From NCBI GenBank assembly GCA_913061285.1, contig CAJXVR010000004.1:1-59498 (forward strand): a stretch of 59,498 nucleotides of DNA, given 5' to 3'. A program made the position numbers and the translations under genes. The notes under the pieces are model-generated. The model did no database searches. It had not been told where the DNA came from and saw only the letters and a list, made by a program, of their open reading frames with translations. Below, in pieces: positions 19,173 to 27,211 of this stretch (position 1 is its first letter; each line of letters opens with the position of its first letter). The stretch comes from an uncultured Verrucomicrobiota bacterium. Its GTDB lineage: Bacteria; Verrucomicrobiota; Verrucomicrobiia; Limisphaerales; AAA164-E04.

Positions 19173-19531
19173 AAGTAGAGTTGCGAAAATCGTTTCAATT
19201 TGAGGCCGCCCATTTGCTGCCGCTGTTACCTGAGGACCATAAGTGTCGACGCCTTCATGGGCACAGCTTCAGTGTGGAGGTGGTTGTTGCCGGAGAATGT
19301 GATCCAGCCCTGGGATGGCTCATGGATTATGCAGAGGTCTCAAAAGCCTTTAAGCCGCTTTGGGAAATGTTGGATCACCGGTATCTCAATGAAGTAGAGG
19401 GTTTGGAGAATCCTACGAGCGAGATGATTGCCAAATGGATCTGGGATCGATTGAAACCAGCCCTCCCGTTGCTCGATCAAATCGTTGTCGCGGAGACCTG
19501 CAACTCTGCCTGTGTCTATCGCGGACAGTAG
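19169..19531 (+). CDS. queD: 6-carboxy-5,6,7,8-tetrahydropterin synthase
   Basis: FEAAH, CRRLHGH (CX3HGH PTPS-I signature), LDHRYLN, ENPTSE, ET; ATG 19169 overlaps the luxC-like stop (ATGA). Confidence 0.93.
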   Translation: MKVELRKSFQFEAAHLLPLLPEDHKCRRLHGHSFSVEVVVAGECDPALGWLMDYAEVSKAFKPLWEMLDHRYLNEVEGLENPTSEMIAKWIWDRLKPALPLLDQIVVAETCNSACVYRGQ

Positions 19532-19583
19532 GTTGATAATTGTTAGTTGTTAATTATCAATTCTTAGCCATTAACCATTAACC
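19531..19583. repeat. AT-rich inverted repeat / heptamer run between convergent queD and oxyR, possible bidirectional terminator
   Basis: TTGATAATT (19533-19541) pairs with AATTATCAA (19552-19560); heptamer-like units gataatt-gttagtt-gttaatt and attaacc-attaacc. Confidence 0.4.
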
Positions 19584-20462
19584 CTTTTGGTGGCTTCGGA
19601 TCAGCTCTATGGTGGCTTTCATGACGCTGGATATCGTGCGGTTCTGTCGGTAGATGAGCACGATACTTCGATAGGGTCTTGGCCCGTCGAGTTGACGGAA
19701 GACGATCTTTTTTGAGGTGACGCCTTGTTTGGCCATTTCGGGAACGAGAGAAAGGCCTACGTCCTTTTGAATGAGCGCCATGACGGTTTCGATCTGTGCG
19801 CTGCGACACGCAACATTGGGTTGAAAGTTTCGGTCATGGCAGAATTGAAGGGTTTGTTGACCGAGACAATGACCATCCTGCATCAAGATAAAGCGTTCTC
19901 CGATCACGTCCTGCCAATCGTTCTTCTTCTTTGCTGCCAGTGGGCTTGAGGCGGGAAGGGCGAGCCAGAGGTCTTCTTGGAAGAGTTCCTCTTTGACCAA
20001 ATTCTGGCCAATGACTGGGAGGCTTACGATCCCGATTTCGATTTCCCCTCGGTGTACTGATTCTACGAGCCGATCGGTGGTTTCCTCGTGAATATGGGTT
20101 TCGATTTTTGGATGAGCCCGTCTGAGTCGTTCGACGATTCCTGGAAGATAGTAGGGGGCGATTGTCGGTAGGGCGCCGATGGTGAGTCGACCGCTCGGTT
20201 CATTGAGGAGACTATTGAGTTCGGTTTTCGCGCTGTGGACCTCCTGAAGGATGGACTCGGCTCGGTCCAAGAGTACTTTACCCGCTTGAGTTAGGACGGC
20301 GCGGCGTCGGAGGCGTTCGAAGAGGCGATGGCCTAGTTCCTCTTCGAGTTTGATGATCTGTTGGCTGAGCGATGCCTGCGCGACATGACACTGCTCGGCA
20401 GCTCGGGTGAAATTACCGGTCTTAGCAACAGTAGTGAAATATCGCAACTGGTGGAGTTCCAT
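19578..20462 (-). CDS. oxyR: Hydrogen-peroxide-sensing LysR regulator OxyR
   Basis: LysR HTH (NFTRAAEQCHVAQASLSQQIIKLEEELG), GALPTIAPY, and DGHCLGQQTLQFC matching the two-Cys redox motif of OxyR (DGHCLRDQAMGFC). Confidence 0.85.
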   Translation of the reverse strand: MELHQLRYFTTVAKTGNFTRAAEQCHVAQASLSQQIIKLEEELGHRLFERLRRRAVLTQAGKVLLDRAESILQEVHSAKTELNSLLNEPSGRLTIGALPTIAPYYLPGIVERLRRAHPKIETHIHEETTDRLVESVHRGEIEIGIVSLPVIGQNLVKEELFQEDLWLALPASSPLAAKKKNDWQDVIGERFILMQDGHCLGQQTLQFCHDRNFQPNVACRSAQIETVMALIQKDVGLSLVPEMAKQGVTSKKIVFRQLDGPRPYRSIVLIYRQNRTISSVMKATIELIRSHQKG

Positions 20463-20497
20463 AGGCAGTGCCTATCGTAACCATGGGAAACAAATAT
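20461..20497. promoter_or_regulatory. OxyR-binding box
   Basis: ATAG-N7-CTAT-N7-ATGG-N7-ATAT matches the four-tetranucleotide OxyR consensus ATAG-N7-CTAT-N7-ATAG-N7-CTAT with two mismatches; overlaps the oxyR start and lies upstream of the peroxidase. Confidence 0.75.
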
Positions 20498-20564
20498 TTC
20501 CATTTCTATCGATACTTTGGCTTAGTTTTCGACACGAGATCTGGATGGACTATAAATTTTGGAA

Positions 20565-21581
20565 ATGATGAATCGAATGAATATGAAATTCGTGGCGGGG
20601 GCGATAGTTGCTGGAGGCCTGCTTTCGAGCTCAGCTCAGGCGCAAGGCTATAAAGATTATTTACCCATCTTTGGTCGAGCTCTGCATTCTGTCGCGGAGA
20701 TTCCCCGCTCGGAGGTGGATACCTTGCGGGTTGAGCTTGGTAGGACCTTGTATCACGAGAAACGTCTGAGTCGGGATAATTCGATTTCCTGTAATTCTTG
20801 CCATGATACCCAAGGCTATGGCGTTGATGGGAAGGCGTTTTCCGTCGGCTTTGACAATCATCTCACCGGACGTAACTCGCCGACGAGTTTCAATGCCTTC
20901 ATGCACATCACTCAGTTCTGGGATGGGCGAGCTCCGACCGTCGAAGAGCAAGCGAAAGGGCCCATCTTGGCTGGAGGCGAGATGGCGATGCCCTCGGCCG
21001 AGGCAGTGGTGAAGAAACTTAGTGGGATTGCTGGCTACAAGGAGCTCTTTGCTGGGGCCTTTCCAAATAGTGAGCCGCCCATCACCTATGACAATGTGGG
21101 AACCGCTATTGGCGCCTATGAGCGGCTCTTCGTGACTCCGAGCCGTTTCGATCTCTTGCTGGATGGGCATGATGCCGCGCTGAGTGCTCAAGAAAAACGA
21201 GGGCTTACAAAGTTCGTTGAGAACGGCTGCACCACCTGTCATTCCGGACCACTGTTGGGTGGGAGCCTTTATCAGAAACTCGGTCTGGTGAAGCCTTGGC
21301 CAAATCAGAAGGATCAAGGCCGATACGATCTCACGAAGATTGAGTCTGACCGAATGCTCTTCAAAGTGCCTTCGCTTCGAAACATTGCCAAGACAGGTCC
21401 ATATTTTCATGATGCCTCCGCCTCAAGCTTAGAAGCGGCGATCAAGATGATGGGACAACACCAGCTTGGGCTTGAGCTCTCTAGTGCTGATGTTGCAGAT
21501 ATAAGTGCCTTTTTCGGTAGCCTCAGCGGGGAGCTAGATCCCTCTGTTGCAGCGGCCCCAGAGTCCTTTCCAGGCGAATAG
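20565..21581 (+). CDS. ccp: Di-heme cytochrome c peroxidase
   Basis: Signal peptide; CNSCH and CTTCH; GRNSPT, QFWDGRA, EEQAKGP, FKVPSLRNIAKTGPYFHD. Start ambiguous among ATGs at 20565/20568/20577/20583. Confidence 0.93.
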   Translation: MMNRMNMKFVAGAIVAGGLLSSSAQAQGYKDYLPIFGRALHSVAEIPRSEVDTLRVELGRTLYHEKRLSRDNSISCNSCHDTQGYGVDGKAFSVGFDNHLTGRNSPTSFNAFMHITQFWDGRAPTVEEQAKGPILAGGEMAMPSAEAVVKKLSGIAGYKELFAGAFPNSEPPITYDNVGTAIGAYERLFVTPSRFDLLLDGHDAALSAQEKRGLTKFVENGCTTCHSGPLLGGSLYQKLGLVKPWPNQKDQGRYDLTKIESDRMLFKVPSLRNIAKTGPYFHDASASSLEAAIKMMGQHQLGLELSSADVADISAFFGSLSGELDPSVAAAPESFPGE

Positions 21582-21606
21582 GCCCGATAACAAGACTAGT
21601 TTGATG

Positions 21607-21640
21607 AACTGGCGCTGTGTCTGGCGGCGCCAGTTTTTTT
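21607..21640 (+). terminator. Rho-independent terminator after ccp
   Basis: Stem AACTGGCGCTG / CGGCGCCAGTT followed by a T run. Confidence 0.8.
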
Positions 21641-21740
21641 GTGTCTCTGGTGCTCGACGGAGCTGTTTCTTTCGCAAGCACCGTTCTGCGAACGTTTGAG
21701 ACGTTGAATCTCGGCGACAGCGATCTATAATTGAGGGCGA

Positions 21741-22124
21741 ATGACGAAGGAAAAGCAGGTACAGGCGGCCGCTTTGAGTGGTGCCTTGGCAGTTGGTTTA
21801 GGGGCGTTTGGGGCTCACGGCTTGGAGGCGATTCTGGAGCGGAATCAAACGGTTGATGTCTGGGAAACTGCGGTCTCTTATCACTTTATCCACACCTTGG
21901 TGTTGCTCTGGTTAGCGGGGCAGGCCTCAATGGGGAAGGGGCCACGGCGTTGTTTCACGTTTGGGATCGTGGTCTTTTCCGGTACACTCTATGTGCTTGC
22001 TATTTCAGGGATTCGTTGGCTTGGGGCGATCACCCCCATTGGCGGAGTTGCTCTGATTGTCGCTTGGGTTTGGCTAGCTGTTCAGGCAAGTTCAAAGAAT
22101 CAGTCTCATGAGCCAGAGCGCTAG
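21741..22124 (+). CDS. DUF423 (YgdD/TMEM256) family small membrane protein
   Basis: GAFGAHGL, WETAVSYHFIH, FSGTLY, LGAITPIGG motifs. Confidence 0.92.
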   Translation: MTKEKQVQAAALSGALAVGLGAFGAHGLEAILERNQTVDVWETAVSYHFIHTLVLLWLAGQASMGKGPRRCFTFGIVVFSGTLYVLAISGIRWLGAITPIGGVALIVAWVWLAVQASSKNQSHEPER

Positions 22125-22295
22125 CTTTAGTGGTGCCTAGGGACTCATCAATTGCCCTTTTTATTACTGTGATTGAACCGAATAAACGTTTTGGCAACTC
22201 CAGGGTTGCCTCTGAGGGGATTCGCAGGGTTTGATGGGGGGGCTGAGTTGCTATTCAGCCGATCGGAACTAGAGATTTGTAAACGTTGAGAGAAT

Positions 22296-23429
22296 ATGGA
22301 GCCGACTAAGACAGCTTACGGAATTTGGAGTGGGGGCCGGTTTATGCATTTTGGTGAAGCCTTGGATGAAGGCAAAATGACGGATGTCATTCACCATGCG
22401 TATCATAAAGGGGTTCGAACTTTTATGACGGCGGATGTTTACGGTGGAGGCGAGGCCGATGAGATGATCGGTGAGGCGCTGAGTGAGTTTCCTCGAGATT
22501 CGTACTGTTTGATTGGTGCGGTAGGGCATGACTACTATCAGGGCAAGCGCGATGGTGCCAAGGGGTTCCCTCGATTTACTGACTCTCGCCTTCGTCCGGC
22601 GAACCAATATCGTGACTATCTCAAGACAGCCACAGAGAAGGCCTTGAAACGCTGCAAGACCGAGAAATTTGATCTCCTGCTCCTACACAATCCTGATTCG
22701 GTCGGCTACTCGAGCGATGCGGTATGGACGGCGATGCAGTCGGTAAAAGAGGATGGCATGACGGATCAATTGGGAATCGCACCGGGTCCGGCGAATGGGT
22801 TTACCCTCGATCTAATTCTAAGCTTCGAACGTTTTGGCGAGTTTATCGACTGGGCCATGGTTATTTTGAATCCTCTCGAGCCGTGGCCAGGAAAGTTGTG
22901 CTTGCCTGCTGCCGAGAAATTTGGGGTGAACCTCCTCACGCGCGTCGTCGATTATGGAGGGCTTTTCCACGGGGATGTCCTTCCGGGGCACGAATTCGGG
23001 AATGGGGATCATCGAACCTACCGCGCTCCAGGATGGGTGGAGGCCGGGAATGAAAAAATTGATCAAATGAGGGATTATGCCAATAAGTACGATCTCACAC
23101 TTCTCCAATTAGCTTGTTTGTGGAATTTGTCACACACGCCGGTTAAATCAGTGGTGCCTACCTTGATTCAGGAAGCTCATGAGACCGCGAAGCCGATCAA
23201 GGTGAAGGCAGACGAACTGGCAAGTCTGCCGGATATCACGCTCGATCCTGATGACGTGGCTGCGATTGAAGCGATCGGGAACAACAAGGGATGTATGGCT
23301 CTCAAGGGTGGGAATCCCACCTACTCCGGTGATGCAGTGGCTGATGGTTGGGAATTGAATCCTGACTTGGAAGCGGTTGCGGAACGCTGGAGTATTCGTC
23401 CTGAGGAAGACCTCGTGTGCGTTCACTAG
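22296..23429 (+). CDS. Aldo/keto reductase family oxidoreductase (atypical)
   Basis: TFMTADVYGGGEAD, ALKRCKTEKFDLLLLHNP, QLACLWNL, VVPT. Confidence 0.85.
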   Translation: MEPTKTAYGIWSGGRFMHFGEALDEGKMTDVIHHAYHKGVRTFMTADVYGGGEADEMIGEALSEFPRDSYCLIGAVGHDYYQGKRDGAKGFPRFTDSRLRPANQYRDYLKTATEKALKRCKTEKFDLLLLHNPDSVGYSSDAVWTAMQSVKEDGMTDQLGIAPGPANGFTLDLILSFERFGEFIDWAMVILNPLEPWPGKLCLPAAEKFGVNLLTRVVDYGGLFHGDVLPGHEFGNGDHRTYRAPGWVEAGNEKIDQMRDYANKYDLTLLQLACLWNLSHTPVKSVVPTLIQEAHETAKPIKVKADELASLPDITLDPDDVAAIEAIGNNKGCMALKGGNPTYSGDAVADGWELNPDLEAVAERWSIRPEEDLVCVH

Positions 23430-23534
23430 TGTTGCTGTTGGGGCTTTAAGCTCTCATGACAGTTCACATTCTACCTTGGGTGTTTTGCCTGTCGTCGCGA
23501 GGGAAGAATTCAATTCCCTCGCGCTGACTCTCCC

Positions 23535-24074
23535 TCATCCTAAGATGTGGTCCGTCGCTTGGGTGAGTGTGTCAACGACGAGGGCTTGACTTAGGTCCAC
23601 ACCTGGCTCTTCAGTAAGCTTCGAACCGTAGCCTGTTTTTACCAAAATACTCTTCCGGACTCCGGCGTTCCAGCCACATTTCAGATCGCTCAGTTTGTCG
23701 CCAATCATGTACGAATTCTTGAGATCAATGTTATAATCCTTTTCCGCATCCAGGAGAAACTGTGGGGAAGGTTTTCGGCCATAACTCGTTTCCTCTGGGG
23801 CTTCCGGTGCGAAGTAGATCTTCTTGAACTGAATACCTTCGTCCGCTGCCAGAAGGCATAGCTTGTCATTGACTGCGTGCATGTCGGCGACTGTGTAGTA
23901 ACCTCGTCCAATGCCTGATTGGTTTGTGACGATGAATAAGATGAAACCGTGAGCTTGTAGCCGCCTTAGAGACCTGAGGGCATCATCAAAGAGAGTCAAT
24001 TTATCGGGATCACAAAGGTAGGATTTCTCGATGTTAATGGTTCCATCGCGATCTAAGAAAATAGCAGGGTTCAT
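23535..24074 (-). CDS. gmhB: D-glycero-D-manno-heptose-1,7-bisphosphate phosphatase (HAD IIIA)
   Basis: FLDRDGTIN, VTNQSGIGRGYY, RKPSP, MIGDKLSD; ATG 24074 overlaps the upstream stop (ATGA). Confidence 0.9.
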   Translation of the reverse strand: MNPAIFLDRDGTINIEKSYLCDPDKLTLFDDALRSLRRLQAHGFILFIVTNQSGIGRGYYTVADMHAVNDKLCLLAADEGIQFKKIYFAPEAPEETSYGRKPSPQFLLDAEKDYNIDLKNSYMIGDKLSDLKCGWNAGVRKSILVKTGYGSKLTEEPGVDLSQALVVDTLTQATDHILG

Positions 24075-25084
24075 TGGCACTGGCTAAGGCTATTCAAGAG
24101 CTCTTTCCGGGTGACGGTTGCTGTTCCTCGTTTGCCAACAACAATCCCGCCCGCGTGGTTCGAGAAGAGCGCAGCCTCAATCGGTGAAGCTCCAGCAGCT
24201 ATGGCAAGGGTGAATGATGCAATGACGGTATCTCCTGCCCCTGAGACATCAAATACTTCTTGAGCGACCGTAGGGATGTGGATGGGTGCTTGCCCCCTCT
24301 GGCAGATGAGCATGCCTAGGTCGCCAAGGGTGATCATCATGATGGTTGGTCTTAGTCGCCGTAGGAGGCGTGATGCGACCAATCGCAGATTCTTGTCTTT
24401 TAACGGATTGCGATGCCGAGTGACATCGTCTACGACAGCAAGTTCGAAGGCTTCTTTTCGGTTGGGCGTGATTAGGGATACGCCAGCGAGTTCGACTTGA
24501 TGTGCTGGTTTTGGGTCGAGACTCAGCCAGATGCCTCGCTCTTGACATTCCTGTCGGAGGAAGGTCAGTAGCGAATTGGTAATCATTCCTTTGGCATAGT
24601 CGCCGATGATGATGGCCGAGGCTTTTTTGAGCGCCGGGCGGAGAATCTTTTCGAGAGTTTTTTGCTCTTGGGATGTCAGGTCGCTCACGATTTCACGGTC
24701 GACTCGGACGATCTGTTGCTGCTGGGCAACGATCCGTGTTTTTGTTCCGGTCGTGCGTTTCGAGCTGGTTCGCAGTCCTCTGCAGTCAACGTTCTCCTGC
24801 TCGAGGATTTCTCTCAGTTGAGTTCCCTCTCGGTCCTTGCCGATGATTGAGTAGAGAGCGGTTGGCGTATCTAATGCCGTCAGATTCCGGGCGACATTCG
24901 CAGCCCCTCCTGGCATGAGTGATTCTGATTGAAAGCGGAGAACGGGAACGGGCGCTTCGGGCGAAATTCGTGAGACCGTTCCAGAGATAAAACTGTCGAG
25001 CATCACATCCCCAATGACAAGCACGCGAGTCTGGGCGGCATGGTCCAGGATTTGGCGGGCTCGATCCGAGGAGAGTTGTTGCAT
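24071..25084 (-). CDS. rfaE1: D-glycero-beta-D-manno-heptose-7-phosphate kinase (standalone HldE/RfaE domain I)
   Basis: GDVMLD, RISPEAPVPV, GGAANVA, DYAKG, TPNRKE, DVSGAGDT; no adenylyltransferase domain. Confidence 0.92.
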   Translation of the reverse strand: MQQLSSDRARQILDHAAQTRVLVIGDVMLDSFISGTVSRISPEAPVPVLRFQSESLMPGGAANVARNLTALDTPTALYSIIGKDREGTQLREILEQENVDCRGLRTSSKRTTGTKTRIVAQQQQIVRVDREIVSDLTSQEQKTLEKILRPALKKASAIIIGDYAKGMITNSLLTFLRQECQERGIWLSLDPKPAHQVELAGVSLITPNRKEAFELAVVDDVTRHRNPLKDKNLRLVASRLLRRLRPTIMMITLGDLGMLICQRGQAPIHIPTVAQEVFDVSGAGDTVIASFTLAIAAGASPIEAALFSNHAGGIVVGKRGTATVTRKELLNSLSQCQ

Positions 25085-25089
25085 GGACC

Positions 25090-25878
25090 TCAGTTAAGAA
25101 AGGCTGTGAGGGGGCTCGTCGCCGCGGCCTCGACGGATTGAGGGCCGAGGCCGCTTCGATAGGCCTCGCGTCCTGCTTCGACTGCTTTTCTGAAGGCGCC
25201 GGCCATTCGGTTGGGATCGGTGGCGACTGCAATGGCTGTCTTGACCAGAACCGCGTCGGCTCCTAATTCCATTGCTTCGGCCGCGTGGCTTGGGGCGCCA
25301 ATGCCTGCGTCCACCACGACAGGAACGGTTGCTTGTTCGATTATGATCTTGATCTGATCCCGCGTCTGTATGCCCCGATTCGACCCGATCGGTGACCCGA
25401 GAGGCATCACCGTTGCGGTCCCCACTTCCTCGAGTCGCTTGGCAAGCACGGGGTCGGCATTGATATAGGGTAAGACGGTAAATCCTTCCTTTACCAAGAT
25501 CTCTGCTGCCGCGAGCGTCTCAATGGGATCTGGCAGGAGATAGCGGGGATCGGGGTGGATCTCCAGCTTGACCCATTTGGGGAGGCCCGCCTTGACTGCA
25601 AGTCGGGCAATGCGAACGGCTTCATCTGCATTCATGGCGCCGCTGGTGTTGGGGAGGAGGAGATATTTCTCGGGATCGATAAACTCGAGGATGTTAGCAA
25701 AGGGATCGTTCTTTCCCGTGAGATCTGCCCGCCTCAGCGCCACTGTGACCAGTCCCGTGCCGGTGTGCTCAAGCGCATCGCGCATGGCTTCGGGTGAGCT
25801 GAATTTTCCGGTGCCAACAAGAAGGCGTGAATTGAATTCACGGTCGGCGATTTTAAGGTGTTCGCTTGGATCAAGCAT
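25090..25878 (-). CDS. thiG: Thiazole synthase
   Basis: [58 protein letters not shown]. Confidence 0.97.
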   Translation of the reverse strand: MLDPSEHLKIADREFNSRLLVGTGKFSSPEAMRDALEHTGTGLVTVALRRADLTGKNDPFANILEFIDPEKYLLLPNTSGAMNADEAVRIARLAVKAGLPKWVKLEIHPDPRYLLPDPIETLAAAEILVKEGFTVLPYINADPVLAKRLEEVGTATVMPLGSPIGSNRGIQTRDQIKIIIEQATVPVVVDAGIGAPSHAAEAMELGADAVLVKTAIAVATDPNRMAGAFRKAVEAGREAYRSGLGPQSVEAAATSPLTAFLN

Positions 25879-25950
25879 TGTCGGGAAGAGGATAGAAAGC
25901 CCTACTCAAGTCGTCTAGATTTGATTCGAATTGCTTGGCTTAATTGCCAC

Positions 25951-27021
25951 TTAACGGCGTTCAGCCGTCCAAGGGAGGGTAACGTTCTCGTCGTTGAACT
26001 TCGTCGAAACCTTTCCAGAGATTCGATCTCCCTTCACGGTTCCCGTCAAATTATAGGTCATGGTGCCTCCTTGCGGGCGGTCTCGGACGATTTGTAGTTG
26101 AATTTGGTCTTGGAAACGCCCTCCTGACTTGAATGCGAGAACGCGATCCGGTCCGAAGGCGATTTTACCGTTCAATACGGGCCCGTTGGCTGAGATTTCC
26201 AGCGTTGCTTCAGCCATCCCCTCTGGACCTTCAATTTCGAATCGCCATTCTCCGTCGACATTGACGGGCTCAGCTTTCATTGGGCGATCACCAAGCTCTC
26301 TTGATACAACGGATTCAATGCTTTCTGCCCAGATACCGTATCCAGCGGTGGAGAGATGAAGAAAGTCAGGCATGATGGATGGGGAGATGGTTCCCTGGTC
26401 ATTCATGAAATGAGGCCCGATATCGAGGAATTGAACGAATTCTCCATCGCTGAGGCGGCTCAGCGCTTGATTGACTTGCAAGATTTTACCTCGCCGTTCA
26501 TTGAATTTGTTTCCTCGAGGAAAGATGGCGAGCAACAACAGTTTTGTCTGCGGCAGTTTGCTTCGAAGTTGTGTTACGACTGCTCGCACCCCATCGACCA
26601 TCTCGCTAGCCGTATTACGATCATTGGCTGAATTGTTCGTTCCAATCATGATGACGGCTAGCTTTGGTTCGATGCCTTCCAGGTTGCCGTTGTCCATGCG
26701 CCAAAGCACGTGCTGGGTGCGATCGCCACCGATGCCTAGATTGATGGCCTTTCGATGGCCGTAGTAGGTGTTCCACACCACCTTGCCGCGTCCTTCCCAG
26801 CCTTGGGTGATCGAATCACCAATGAAGGCCAAGTCGATGTTGCCTTGATTTGCTTTTACCTTCGTATTGAAGCTTTCGTGGCGCTTCATCCAACCGCCCG
26901 GGCGAGGACTGGGAGTGAGTGCCGAGTGTTTCGTCGAGAGGTCGTTTTGATCGGCTGCGGAGAGAAATCCGCCAAACGGTATCGAGGCGAGCAGATAGGT
27001 GGCTAGGACGAGGCTTCTCAT
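25951..27021 (-). CDS. Secreted SGNH/GDSL esterase (PAF-acetylhydrolase IB-like) with C-terminal beta domain
   Basis: FIGDSITQGW, NLGIGGDRTQHVLWR, MIGTNN, DFLHL; signal peptide; about 100-aa extra C-terminal domain. Confidence 0.9.
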   Translation of the reverse strand: MRSLVLATYLLASIPFGGFLSAADQNDLSTKHSALTPSPRPGGWMKRHESFNTKVKANQGNIDLAFIGDSITQGWEGRGKVVWNTYYGHRKAINLGIGGDRTQHVLWRMDNGNLEGIEPKLAVIMIGTNNSANDRNTASEMVDGVRAVVTQLRSKLPQTKLLLLAIFPRGNKFNERRGKILQVNQALSRLSDGEFVQFLDIGPHFMNDQGTISPSIMPDFLHLSTAGYGIWAESIESVVSRELGDRPMKAEPVNVDGEWRFEIEGPEGMAEATLEISANGPVLNGKIAFGPDRVLAFKSGGRFQDQIQLQIVRDRPQGGTMTYNLTGTVKGDRISGKVSTKFNDENVTLPWTAERR

Positions 27022-27211
27022 GGCAAGAGCTTGTCCTGTCGGTCGGCCTTATGCAAGTCCGGGACAGGCTTGATCGCTTTGGGTTGTTTGACTTTTCTCG
27101 CTGGCTCGCTTCATTATCACGTTTGTTTCAGTAAGTTAGTAATACGAGGTTAGTCGCCAGGCGTCGTGAAAATGTGGTGCGACCGTTGAATCTCGTCGAT
27201 GTGAATTTGAT

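Noticed and set aside
19533-19560. Fur/PerR box
   Set aside because: GATAAT-like halves are present but spacing does not fit the 19-bp box and the site lies between two 3' ends.
20661-21410. 249-aa antisense ORF
   Set aside because: Entirely opposite ccp, no recognisable motifs; shadow ORF. The same applies to the many short ORFs nested in the large genes.
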